A DNA stretch of 64,000 nucleotides, taken from assembly GCA_015233115.1 (NCBI GenBank), contig JADFYJ010000001.1, positions 195,084 through 259,083 on the forward strand. The letters run 5' to 3'. The translations under genes and the position numbers were made by a program. Shown piece after piece: positions 7,604-17,097 of the stretch (positions are counted from its first letter, which is position 1; every line of letters begins with the position of its first letter). This DNA comes from Candidatus Omnitrophota bacterium (GTDB lineage: Bacteria > Omnitrophota > Gorgyraeia > Zapsychrales > Zapsychraceae). Below the pieces are notes generated by a model. The model saw only the letters and a program-made list of their open reading frames with translations. It made no database searches and was not told the DNA's origin.

Positions 7604-8689
7604 ATGATTTTTGATACCTTTCAATTTAAAAATTTAAAATTGTCGAATCGTTTGGTGCGATCCGCTATTCATGCGGCTGACGCGACAGATGATGGTCTGG
7701 CCACCGTAGAGTCGGCCAACATTTTGTTGGCAGTCGCGGACAATGGCCCTGGGTTGATCATGACCGGCCACGCGTTTGTTTCTAAAGATGGAAAAGGGAA
7801 TCGAAAGCAGCTTGGTGTCTACTCTGATGTTTGTATTCATGGATTAACTGATGTTGCAAAAAATATTCACCAAAAAACCACCTCTAAAATATTTCTGCAA
7901 TTAGCTCATGCCGGCGCTCAAACTTCAGAAGGCATTACAGGAGTAACGCCTATTGGTCCGTCTGAAATAAAAGAAAATTCCATTACACTTTGTCGCTCCA
8001 TGAATGAAGACGACATTAATCGTATTATTTTGGCATTTACACAAGCCGCGCGAAGAGCCTGGGAAGCAGGCTTTGACGGTATCCAAATACATGCCGCGCA
8101 TGGATATTTGCTTTCCGAATTTTTGTCGCCGCATTTTAACCAACGCGGAGATCAATTTGGCGGGTCCAATTTAAACCGTTCACGGTTTTTATGTCTGATT
8201 GTTGAACAGATCCGTAATTTTGTTAGTAAAAATTATCCGATTATTGTTAAAATCAATTCAGAAGATTTTTGGAACGATGGCCTGCAAGTCAAAGATATGA
8301 TTGAAATCGTCGGTTATCTGATTAAAGCCGGCATAGACGGAATTGAACTGAGCGGAGGAACTAAAGATTCAGATCCTGCTATTGAACGCAAGCACGATCC
8401 CCAATCTGTGGAAGAACAATTTTATTACCGCGATGCTGCCCGTTTGTTAAGATCAAAATATTCCATTCCTTTAATTGCTATGGGCGGCATACGTGAATTG
8501 TCTGTGGCCGAATCAATCATCCAGAATAATGAGGCAGATTGGGTTTCTATGGGCAGACCTTTTGTTTGTGAGCCGCATTTAGTTAAGCGTTGGCAAGAGG
8601 GAGACACCTCCCGCGCAAAATGCACCTCATGCAACGCATGTTTCCGGCCTTTGGTCGTGGGAAAGTTGTTAAAATGCCTAAAAAAATAA
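7604..8689 (+). CDS. NADH:flavin oxidoreductase (old yellow enzyme family)
   Basis: QLAHAG, GFDGIQIHAAHGYLLSEFLSP and NQRGDQFGGS motifs; C-terminal CxxCxxC. Confidence 0.92.
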   Translation: MIFDTFQFKNLKLSNRLVRSAIHAADATDDGLATVESANILLAVADNGPGLIMTGHAFVSKDGKGNRKQLGVYSDVCIHGLTDVAKNIHQKTTSKIFLQLAHAGAQTSEGITGVTPIGPSEIKENSITLCRSMNEDDINRIILAFTQAARRAWEAGFDGIQIHAAHGYLLSEFLSPHFNQRGDQFGGSNLNRSRFLCLIVEQIRNFVSKNYPIIVKINSEDFWNDGLQVKDMIEIVGYLIKAGIDGIELSGGTKDSDPAIERKHDPQSVEEQFYYRDAARLLRSKYSIPLIAMGGIRELSVAESIIQNNEADWVSMGRPFVCEPHLVKRWQEGDTSRAKCTSCNACFRPLVVGKLLKCLKK

Positions 8690-10098
8690 AATCTCTTCCC
8701 AAACCTGGTGGAATCATGGAAATGTTGGCTGTTGCCTTGCCTATGTTGGTATCCATGACCTGTGATACGATCATGATTTTTACGGATCGTTTATTTCTTT
8801 CCAAATTAGAACCGGAAATGATGAATGCCTCAATGGGAGGGGGTTTAACGGTTTTTATGATGATGTCATTTTTTGTGGGGCTAACCGGTTATTCGACAGC
8901 ATTAGTGGCCCAATATCTGGGAGCAGGTCAGAAAAAAAATTGTCCGATGGTTATTTCACAGGCCGTCATTGTGTCCTGCGCGGCTTATCTGCCGATTTTA
9001 TTTTGCCGTCCCTTAGCTCATCAGATGTTTCGTCTTATGGGAGTATCCAGCCAACAGTTATTTTATCAAAATGTATATTTTGATATTCTGCTTTATGGCG
9101 CGATCATCACCCTTTTAAGGAATAGTTTAAGCTGTTTTTTCTCAGGTATAGGCCGTACCCGTATCGTTATGATAGCGTCATTTACGGCCATGCTTGTGAA
9201 CGCGATTCTTAATTATATTTTAATTTTTGGAAAACTAGGCTTACCCGCCATGGGCATACGCGGCGCGGCTTTGGGCACGCTGATGGGAGGAGCCAGCGGA
9301 TTTTTTATTTTAGTCTTCGCGTATTTCAGTAAAAATAATAGCGCGGAATTTGATCTGGCCCATTCATTTAAGTTTGACTTTTCTATCATGAAAAAATTGC
9401 TGCGTTTTGGTTCATCACCTGGGCTGGAATTGTTTTTAAATATTTTAGCTTTTAATGCCATGGTCATGGTTTTTCACGCGCAGGGATTAGTGACAGCCAC
9501 AGCTTCAACGATTATGTTTAATTGGGACATGGTGTCATTTGTTCCTTTGTTAGGTATCGAAATTGCGGTGACCAGCATGGTAGGGCGATACATGGGAGCC
9601 CGCAACCCATACATTGCTAACCAGTCTGCCATGTCCGGCCTTAAAGTCGGTCTGGTATTTTCCACGATTATTCTGATTCTTTTTGTAGGATTTCCTCACT
9701 TGCTGATTAATGTTTTCCGTCCGGCTGGATCAAATGTAATTTTCATCAAATCTATACCTATGGCTTTGTATATGATCAGGGTCGCGTCGCTTTATATTAT
9801 GGTAGAAGCATTATTTATTGTATTTATAGGCGCGTTAAGAGGAGCGGGAGATACTTTCTGGGCGATGTGTATATCTGTGACTTTACATTGGGCCATGGTT
9901 TTAGTTGTAGCTGTCGCGTTAAAAGTATTCAAACAAACCCCGGAAGCGGCATGGACGTATATGGTGGTTATTTTTATAGGATTCTCATTTATCGTTTATT
10001 GGCGCTACCGCATCGGCCATTGGCGCAATATTAAAGTCGTTGAAATCGAGCCGGTTCCGATTATCAGCAATGGTTTTCATGGAACGATTGATTTATAA
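8674..10098 (+). CDS. MATE family efflux transporter
   Basis: About 12 TM helices; AQYLGA, IFGKLGLPAMGIRGAALGT and GALRGAGDT motifs. Start moved to the ATG at 8674. Confidence 0.9.
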   Translation: MPKKIKSLPKPGGIMEMLAVALPMLVSMTCDTIMIFTDRLFLSKLEPEMMNASMGGGLTVFMMMSFFVGLTGYSTALVAQYLGAGQKKNCPMVISQAVIVSCAAYLPILFCRPLAHQMFRLMGVSSQQLFYQNVYFDILLYGAIITLLRNSLSCFFSGIGRTRIVMIASFTAMLVNAILNYILIFGKLGLPAMGIRGAALGTLMGGASGFFILVFAYFSKNNSAEFDLAHSFKFDFSIMKKLLRFGSSPGLELFLNILAFNAMVMVFHAQGLVTATASTIMFNWDMVSFVPLLGIEIAVTSMVGRYMGARNPYIANQSAMSGLKVGLVFSTIILILFVGFPHLLINVFRPAGSNVIFIKSIPMALYMIRVASLYIMVEALFIVFIGALRGAGDTFWAMCISVTLHWAMVLVVAVALKVFKQTPEAAWTYMVVIFIGFSFIVYWRYRIGHWRNIKVVEIEPVPIISNGFHGTIDL

Positions 10099-10134
10099 GT
10101 GAATTATTCTTGGTTTTCTTATAATATAAAACCT

Positions 10135-11190
10135 ATGATAAAAAAATTTGAGGTTAAAAAATTAATTCTGCCTTTAAACCAGCCTTTTCGCACAGCTTTA
10201 GGTCAGCATGATTCTTTGGAGAATGTTTTATTTTCTTTAACATTATCTGACGGTACAAAAGGTTACGGGGAGGCGGCTATTGCTACGCATATTACCGGCG
10301 AGACAATTCCTCAGACGATTGTAAATTTAAACAAAATCGGCAACCAACTTATCGGCAAAGATCCGTGTGACTATTGGGCCATATCCGCTTTTTTGCATCA
10401 ACAATTGCCTCATAACAAAGCCGCGTTAGCTGCTATTGAAATGGCTTTATTAGACGCGTTAACCCGCAGTATGAAAATTCCTTTGTGGAAATTTTTTGGG
10501 ACAGAAGCCATAACTTTTAAAACCGATATTACCATTGTTATATCAGAACTGGCCGAAACAGAAGATTCCGTGAAAAAGTTTTACAAACAAGGCTTTCGGG
10601 CTTTTAAAGTTAAAATTGGCAAAGACATGGATTTGGACCTTAAACGGGTGCTGGCAGTCCATACCATTGCCAAGAGATCCAAAATTATCTTAGATGGTAA
10701 TCAAGGTTATACCAGCGATCAAGCCCTCAAGTTTTTAAAAGAACTAAAAAAATATAAGATCCAGCCATATCTTTTTGAACAGCCTGTTCCTAAAAATGAT
10801 TGGGACGGCATGAAACGCTTAACTCGGCTTGGCGGAGTATCTATCTGCGCGGATGAAAGTTGTCAGGATTTGAAAGATTGTTTACGCATCATTTCTGAAA
10901 AAGCAGCGCATGGGATTAATATCAAGATTATGAAATCAGGCTTGATCCAGGGAAGAGATATTGCCTATTTAGCCAAGTCTGCTGATTTGGGTTTAATGAT
11001 CGGCGGTATGATGGAAAGTTCTTTGGCCATGACTTGTTCCGCTCATATGGCCGCGGGATTGGGATGTTTTAATTTTATTGATTTGGATACTCCATTCTTT
11101 TTAAAAAATGGAAAAAATAATCCGTATTTATCAAGTGACGGAACATATGATTTACGGCATGTAAAAAAAGGAATTGGAATTAAAATATAA
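10135..11190 (+). CDS. L-Ala-D/L-Glu dipeptide epimerase (enolase superfamily, YkfB/YcjG-like)
   Basis: FKVKIG, DGNQG, EQP, ADES, NIKIMKSG and DLD motifs; lies near an NlpC/P60 gene. Confidence 0.85.
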   Translation: MIKKFEVKKLILPLNQPFRTALGQHDSLENVLFSLTLSDGTKGYGEAAIATHITGETIPQTIVNLNKIGNQLIGKDPCDYWAISAFLHQQLPHNKAALAAIEMALLDALTRSMKIPLWKFFGTEAITFKTDITIVISELAETEDSVKKFYKQGFRAFKVKIGKDMDLDLKRVLAVHTIAKRSKIILDGNQGYTSDQALKFLKELKKYKIQPYLFEQPVPKNDWDGMKRLTRLGGVSICADESCQDLKDCLRIISEKAAHGINIKIMKSGLIQGRDIAYLAKSADLGLMIGGMMESSLAMTCSAHMAAGLGCFNFIDLDTPFFLKNGKNNPYLSSDGTYDLRHVKKGIGIKI

Positions 11191-11194
11191 AAAC

Positions 11195-11280
11195 TGTCAT
11201 TCCCGCGAAAGCGGGAATCCATAAAAAATTTTTAGATTTTTTTATTAATGGATCCCCGACTAAAGCTCTCGGGGATGACA
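11195..11280. repeat. inverted pair of GTCATTCCCGCGAAAGCGGGAATCCA-type REP elements
   Basis: TGTCATTCCCGCGAAAGCGGGAATCCA ... TGGATCCCCGACTAAAGCTCTCGGGGATGACA around an AT-rich spacer. Confidence 0.8.
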
Positions 11281-11317
11281 ACCCTTAATTTTCTATTATT
11301 AGAATATATATACACAT

Positions 11318-12481
11318 ATGATAACAAATCAACTATGTTTGGTTGCCATTCTTTTTGCCATCGAAGCAGTGATATTATTTATTTCCAGCCGGAAGTCTTT
11401 TGAAAAATATTTTCATTTTATCCCGCCGGTGTTTTGGATTTATTTTTTGCCTATGATTTTATCCACAACTGGATTGATCGACGCGAAAAGCCCGGTTTAT
11501 AAAATGATTGCCGAGAATTTATTGCCAATGAGTTTGGTTATTTTATTGTTATCATCCAATATCCGGGCCATTCTGCGTTTAGGGCCCACCGCATTGATGA
11601 TGATGCTGGCTGGAAGTTTAGGTATCATGGTAGGAATACCGATTGTTTTTTGGTCGGTTAAACATTTTGTAGGTTCACAAATGTGGGCGGGATTTGGGGC
11701 GTTATCCGCGTCTTGGATCGGCGGAAGCGCGAACATGATTGCTGTAAAAGAAGCTTTGGGTACGCCGGATTCCGTTTTTTCACCGATGGTCATTGTTGAT
11801 ACAGTTGTACCGTATGTTTGGATGGGCATTTTAGTCGCCTTGGTCACATTACAGCCAGTTTATGATAAATGGAATAAATCCCGACGGGATGTTCTGGATG
11901 AATTGAATGCCAATGTTGAAAAAGGCGGACTACTAAAAAAACAATTCACTTTTTGGGGAACCATGCTGATTCTTTTAATCGGCCTCGTTGGAATTTATAT
12001 TTCCCGCTATATATCCGCGTATTTGCCTAATGTCAAAGACATGATTTCGAATTACACGTGGGTTATTATTGTCGCGTCTATGATAGGAATCGGTTTATCA
12101 TTTACGCCGTGCCGAAAACTGGAACAATATCAAGCATCCCGTTTAGGGTATTTCATTTTATACTTTGTTCTGACCACGATTGGAGCAAAGGCTAGCTTGT
12201 CTAACATGAGTGCAACCGCAATTTTAATTGGAGCAGGATTTGTCGCGGTCTTAATTCACGCTGGTTTTTTATTAGTCGCAGCCAAAATTTTACGCGCGCC
12301 TATGTTTTTAGTCGCGACTGCCAGTCAGGCGAATGTGGGAGGGGTAGCGTCGGCACCTATAATTGCCGCCTTATATGAACCTGAACTTGCGTCAGTGGGT
12401 TTATTACTGGCGATATTTGGGAATATTATTGGAACATATCTTGGCATTTTAACCGGATATATTTGTCACATGATTTCATGA
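11318..12481 (+). CDS. DUF819 family integral membrane protein (putative transporter)
   Basis: Multi-TM protein with SWIGGSANM and ASQANVGG motifs. Confidence 0.8.
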   Translation: MITNQLCLVAILFAIEAVILFISSRKSFEKYFHFIPPVFWIYFLPMILSTTGLIDAKSPVYKMIAENLLPMSLVILLLSSNIRAILRLGPTALMMMLAGSLGIMVGIPIVFWSVKHFVGSQMWAGFGALSASWIGGSANMIAVKEALGTPDSVFSPMVIVDTVVPYVWMGILVALVTLQPVYDKWNKSRRDVLDELNANVEKGGLLKKQFTFWGTMLILLIGLVGIYISRYISAYLPNVKDMISNYTWVIIVASMIGIGLSFTPCRKLEQYQASRLGYFILYFVLTTIGAKASLSNMSATAILIGAGFVAVLIHAGFLLVAAKILRAPMFLVATASQANVGGVASAPIIAALYEPELASVGLLLAIFGNIIGTYLGILTGYICHMIS

Positions 12482-13860
12482 GTTTAAGGCATAAGATGAA
12501 AAAATTGATAACAATGTTTATTACTGCTTGTTGCATCTGTTGGCTTTGTAAAGGTACCACCGCTGATGAGCAAATCATGCATTATGCGGCTCCCACAATT
12601 TTGCCGCATGTTCGCCCGGAAATGCAAACAGCTGGTTTTTGGGTTAGCCGCAATCCTCATGCTGATGAAATTATTATTCCTGCCCGAATAATACCCGTTT
12701 TTAATAAAACCATTCAAGAAAATTTAAAGCTGACCCGCAATATGACTGAATTCCCATCTACGGTGTCAGGCGTTATTTATTTTGATAAACTGCAAAATAA
12801 ATTATCCAGCCTAAGAAATAATGGATATTTTACGAGTGAGGGTATTATCGCTGACCAAAAATTTTTTAATTTAATCGAAAATAATATGAATTTAAAATTG
12901 ATTGGAAAAATACTTCCTGTTAAATTTGGGTTTATTCTTTTTAACGCGGATCAGCGGCAATTACCAACCTTACAACATCTTTACGTCACAGCAGGCAACG
13001 TTGATTTTGATGAACTGCAAGAAAACGCTCTGGATGTTGGAACGCCAGTTGAGGTCATTCATCAAACCAAAGATGGAGAGTGGTATTATGTTCTTGGTCC
13101 TGCGAGTGAGGGCTGGATCAAGGCGGATCTTATAGGCTTATGCGAGCAATATGTATTTCAACAATACTTGAGCCATAAGCAGTTTTTAGTTGTTACCCGG
13201 GCTAAGATTGATATTTTTATCGATGATAAACTAACCCAATTTTATGGTTCCGCACGCATGGGTTCGCGTTTTTTCGTTAAAGATGACAGCGATCCAGAAA
13301 TCTTTCAAATTTATTTACCATCCCGTAAAAGGGAAGAATTTGAAATTTCAAAGGCCTATATTTCAAGACAAGGTGTTCATATTGGGTATTTAGACCATAC
13401 TGCTCGTCATGTGATCCAACAGGCTTTTGAAATGTTAAATACTCCTTATGGCTGGGGCGGCATGAACAACGAACAGGACTGCTCACAATTTATTCAAGAA
13501 ATTTACGCGACCATGGGCATTCAATTGCCACGGAATTCGTCCGATCAAGCCCAAATTGGCAAAGAATTAGCCGCATTTACCGATGAAACAAAAGATTCCA
13601 AAAAATTAGATGTCATTTTACACAGCGCTTCACCTGGAAATAGCATGTTTTATATGAAAGGTCATATTATTTTATTTTTGGGTGTTGTCGATGATGTGCC
13701 TTTTGCCATCCATGATATTTGGGCCTACCGCGAACGGATTGGAAGAGAAGATGTCGCGCGCGTGTTAAACCGGGTAGCGGTGACAGATCTTTCTTTGGGA
13801 ACTGGGTCGAGAAAAGGCTCATTACTAAGCCGTATTTTGCAAATTCGTATGATCCAATAA
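12463..13860 (+). CDS. SH3 + NlpC/P60 peptidoglycan endopeptidase (YkfC-like)
   Basis: PYGWGG...DCS catalytic motif, LPRNSSDQ and GHI; signal peptide suggests a true start near 12496. Confidence 0.85.
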   Translation: MSHDFMSLRHKMKKLITMFITACCICWLCKGTTADEQIMHYAAPTILPHVRPEMQTAGFWVSRNPHADEIIIPARIIPVFNKTIQENLKLTRNMTEFPSTVSGVIYFDKLQNKLSSLRNNGYFTSEGIIADQKFFNLIENNMNLKLIGKILPVKFGFILFNADQRQLPTLQHLYVTAGNVDFDELQENALDVGTPVEVIHQTKDGEWYYVLGPASEGWIKADLIGLCEQYVFQQYLSHKQFLVVTRAKIDIFIDDKLTQFYGSARMGSRFFVKDDSDPEIFQIYLPSRKREEFEISKAYISRQGVHIGYLDHTARHVIQQAFEMLNTPYGWGGMNNEQDCSQFIQEIYATMGIQLPRNSSDQAQIGKELAAFTDETKDSKKLDVILHSASPGNSMFYMKGHIILFLGVVDDVPFAIHDIWAYRERIGREDVARVLNRVAVTDLSLGTGSRKGSLLSRILQIRMIQ

Positions 13861-13874
13861 TTTTACTTTTTTTC

Positions 13875-13905
13875 TTGACAAGTATACCGACCAGTCGGTA
13901 TACTT
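13875..13905 (+). promoter_or_regulatory. sigma70 promoter overlapped by TetR operator
   Basis: TTGACA(13875)-N18-TATACT; palindrome AAGTATACCGAC-CA-GTCGGTATACTT at 13880-13905. Confidence 0.8.
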
Positions 13906-13937
13906 ATTATCATGAGCGTTTTATTAAACAGGTCAAT

Positions 13938-14495
13938 ATGAGCAAAAAAATCAATTGTAAAGAAGCTATTCTCGATGCAGCTGAAAAAGTTGTATTGGAA
14001 GCTGGTGCTGCGCACATGTCGCTTGATCATGTTGCCCAAAAAGCCGATGTTAGTAAAGGCGGCTTAATGTATCATTTTCCAAATAAAGAGTGCCTGCTTC
14101 GCGCCATGCTGAGCCGATTGATTTCGCAAATTTATGCGGATCGTGAACAACGATTAAAAAAATTGACAGAACGACCTAATCGCATCATCAAAGCTGGTAT
14201 TCTTACGACTTTGAACCGAAATGAAAAAAGAAACCGTACTGGTCAAGCTCTTTTAGCCGTTATGTCACACGATCCTGATCTCGTTGCGCCTATGCGAAAA
14301 GCTTATCAGGATCACCTTGAAGAATTAAAGACTTCTGGTGTTAAATTTGAAAAGACCGCAATTTTATCATTAGCCGCTGATGGTTTATTGTTTTTGGAAT
14401 TGCTTCGTGTGTCGCCGTTTAACGATTCGCAAAGAACTAAAATCGAAAATGAAATTGTTCGCCAGATTGATAATGAAATTGAAAATAATGAATAA
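13938..14495 (+). CDS. TetR/AcrR family transcriptional regulator
   Basis: ILDAA...SLDHVAQKADVSKGGLMYHFPNKE HTH; start reassigned to 13938. Confidence 0.92.
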   Translation: MSKKINCKEAILDAAEKVVLEAGAAHMSLDHVAQKADVSKGGLMYHFPNKECLLRAMLSRLISQIYADREQRLKKLTERPNRIIKAGILTTLNRNEKRNRTGQALLAVMSHDPDLVAPMRKAYQDHLEELKTSGVKFEKTAILSLAADGLLFLELLRVSPFNDSQRTKIENEIVRQIDNEIENNE

Positions 14496-15939
14496 TTTAA
14501 AAATAAATAAATTTATTGTTTTTATTCCTGTAGTCGGAATATTTTTTCTAACTGGTTGTTCCGTTGGCCCGAATTATATTAAGCCAGATGGTCCAACTGA
14601 GTCCCGTTACACGTCTTCTTATTCGCGGCCTATTGACGCCAGATCTGCCCAACGTTTTGTTTATAATCAGGATATTCCCGCGGAATGGTGGTCTTTGTTT
14701 CATTGTGAAAAACTTGATCAAGTCATCCGGATGGCTATTGATGGTAATCCTACATTAGAAAGCGCAAAAGCGGCTTTGCGTAAAACCAAAGAAGATTTTA
14801 ACGCGCAAGTTGGCAGTGCTTATTTTCCTGAGGTCAATGCTAATCTTTCCGCTTCACGCCAAAAATTTTCAACAGCAGCCGCTGGTATTTCTAACGGAAA
14901 AGGGAGTATATTTAATCTTTATGGCGCTTCTGTGCAAGTATCTTATATGATGGATATTTGGGGTGGAGCTAAAAGAGAATTAGAATCATTACGCGCTAAA
15001 ATTGACTATGAAACTTTTCAAATGGATGCGGCATATCTGACGTTGACTTCTAATATTGTTGCTGCTGTCGGTAAAGAGGTTGCCATACGGGAGCAAATTT
15101 TGGCGGTGAATGAAATTATTACCATTCAAGAAAAACAATTACAGATATTAGAACAGCAATTAAGTTTAGGCGGCATATCCAAGCAAGACGTATTGTCGCA
15201 AAAATCCGAACTTCAACAAACCAAGGCTGCGATTCCAGCTTTGGAAAGAGAATTGGCAGTGACTCGTCATTACCTAGCAGTTTTGTGCGGTAAATTTCCC
15301 ATTGAAGAATCCACTCTGCCAGAATTTACTTTATCTGAGTTGACTCTTCCGCAAGATCTACCCGTCACATTGCCTTCATCACTGGTTCATCAACGACCGG
15401 ATATTCGTGCGGCCGAAGCCTTATTGCACTCCGCCAGTGCGGAAATTGGGGTTGCTGAAGCCAATTTATATCCACAATTAACTTTAAATAGCGGATTTGG
15501 CCCTCAATCTAACGTGATAAAAGACCTATTTAATGGAAATAATATTGTTTGGAACATTGGTGCAGGAGTATTTCAACCTGTATTTAATGGTGGAGCATTG
15601 AAAGCAAAAAAAAGAGCGGCCGTAGCTGCCTTTGACCAAGCATCTGCCCAATATCGACAAACTGTGCTTTTTGCTTTCCAAAATGTCGCGGATGTTTTAC
15701 GCTCAATTGAAACTGATGGATCAACATTTGATGCCCGTATTGAAGCATTTAATTCAGCGAAAGAAGCTTTAACATTGGCCCAAAATCAATTAGTAACTGG
15801 ATCAATAAGTAATTTAGTCTTTCAAAATAGTGAACATCTTTTCCAGCAGGCTCGTATTGGTGTGGTCCAGGCCCAGGCCGCCAGATTCACGGATACAGCC
15901 GCATTGTTTCAAGCGCTGGGAGGGGGATGGAACAAATAA
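14488..15939 (+). CDS. RND outer-membrane factor lipoprotein (NodT/OprM family)
   Basis: LTGC lipobox; WWSLF, RPDIRAAE and LFQALGGGW motifs. Confidence 0.92.
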   Translation: MNNLKINKFIVFIPVVGIFFLTGCSVGPNYIKPDGPTESRYTSSYSRPIDARSAQRFVYNQDIPAEWWSLFHCEKLDQVIRMAIDGNPTLESAKAALRKTKEDFNAQVGSAYFPEVNANLSASRQKFSTAAAGISNGKGSIFNLYGASVQVSYMMDIWGGAKRELESLRAKIDYETFQMDAAYLTLTSNIVAAVGKEVAIREQILAVNEIITIQEKQLQILEQQLSLGGISKQDVLSQKSELQQTKAAIPALERELAVTRHYLAVLCGKFPIEESTLPEFTLSELTLPQDLPVTLPSSLVHQRPDIRAAEALLHSASAEIGVAEANLYPQLTLNSGFGPQSNVIKDLFNGNNIVWNIGAGVFQPVFNGGALKAKKRAAVAAFDQASAQYRQTVLFAFQNVADVLRSIETDGSTFDARIEAFNSAKEALTLAQNQLVTGSISNLVFQNSEHLFQQARIGVVQAQAARFTDTAALFQALGGGWNK

Positions 15940-15951
15940 GGAGATTTTATT

Positions 15952-17082
15952 ATGTTTAAACGAATGCTTATCATGTTAATTGTTGTCGGGTTTATTTTTG
16001 GCGGGATTTTTGGTTATAAAACTTTTATGGGTTCCATGATGAAAAAATATATGTCCAGCCAAAAAATGCCTCCAGTAACGGTTTCCGCCATAAAAGCGGA
16101 AATGCATCCATGGCAGCCAAAAATTAAATCTATTGGGAATCTGCGTGCAGTTCAAGGTGTGGATGTTACAACAGAAATTCCGGGCATCATCACCCAAATT
16201 AATTTTAAATCAGGAGATGATGTTAAAGTTGATCAAATTCTCGCCCAATTAAATGCGGACACAGATATCGCCCAATTGCATGCTCTTGAAGCAGCGGCAA
16301 ATTTAGCGCAAACTGCTTATGAACGGGATAAAAAGCAACTTGAGGCTCAAGCTGTCAGCCAAGCTGTGGTTGATGCGGACGCAGCTGAATTTAAAAGCCG
16401 CAGTGCTTTAGTCGCGCAACAAACAGCTTTGATTGGTAAAAAAACGATTAAAGCTCCATTTTCAGGTAAACTCGGGATTAGTGCCATTAATATAGGCCAA
16501 TATTTAAATCCTGGTGAAAAGATAGTCACGTTACAATTGCTGGACTCTATCTACGTCGATTTCTACCTTCCACAACAAAATCTCGCCCAAATGGCCATAG
16601 GTCAAAATGTCAGCATCACAACGGATACTTATCCGGGACGCACCTTTGCTGGAACTATTAACGCGATCAATCCTAAAGTGGAAACTGATTCCCGCAATTT
16701 TTTAGTGGAAGCCATCATTGACAATCTTAAACATGAATTAACTCCAGGAATGTTTGTTTCAATAGAAGTACCTGCAGGCAGTGAAGGACATTTTTTAACA
16801 GTTCCCCAAACTGCGGTGACTTATAATCCTTTCGGTGAAACAATTTTTATTATTCAAGAAACCGAAAAAGATAAAGACGGAAAAACAAAAATGACTGTTA
16901 AACAAATTTTTGTTACAGCAGGAGAAACCCGCGGAGACCAAGTCGCAATCTTAAAAGGCTTGAATGCAGGAGATATGGTAGTGACGAGTGGACAACTTAA
17001 ATTAAGAAATGGAAGTGAAGTAGTTATTAATAATCAGGTACAACCGTCCAATGAAGCAGCTCCAATGCCAATTGACGAATAA
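15952..17082 (+). CDS. RND periplasmic adaptor (MFP)
   Basis: N-terminal TM, IKAPFSG and LTPGMF motifs; operon position. Confidence 0.92.
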   Translation: MFKRMLIMLIVVGFIFGGIFGYKTFMGSMMKKYMSSQKMPPVTVSAIKAEMHPWQPKIKSIGNLRAVQGVDVTTEIPGIITQINFKSGDDVKVDQILAQLNADTDIAQLHALEAAANLAQTAYERDKKQLEAQAVSQAVVDADAAEFKSRSALVAQQTALIGKKTIKAPFSGKLGISAINIGQYLNPGEKIVTLQLLDSIYVDFYLPQQNLAQMAIGQNVSITTDTYPGRTFAGTINAINPKVETDSRNFLVEAIIDNLKHELTPGMFVSIEVPAGSEGHFLTVPQTAVTYNPFGETIFIIQETEKDKDGKTKMTVKQIFVTAGETRGDQVAILKGLNAGDMVVTSGQLKLRNGSEVVINNQVQPSNEAAPMPIDE

Positions 17083-17097
17083 TAGAGAAATAATTTT

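Noticed and set aside
13719-13937. Long N-terminal extension of the TetR ORF
   Set aside because: It overlaps the previous gene and the promoter/operator; the HTH begins after 13938.
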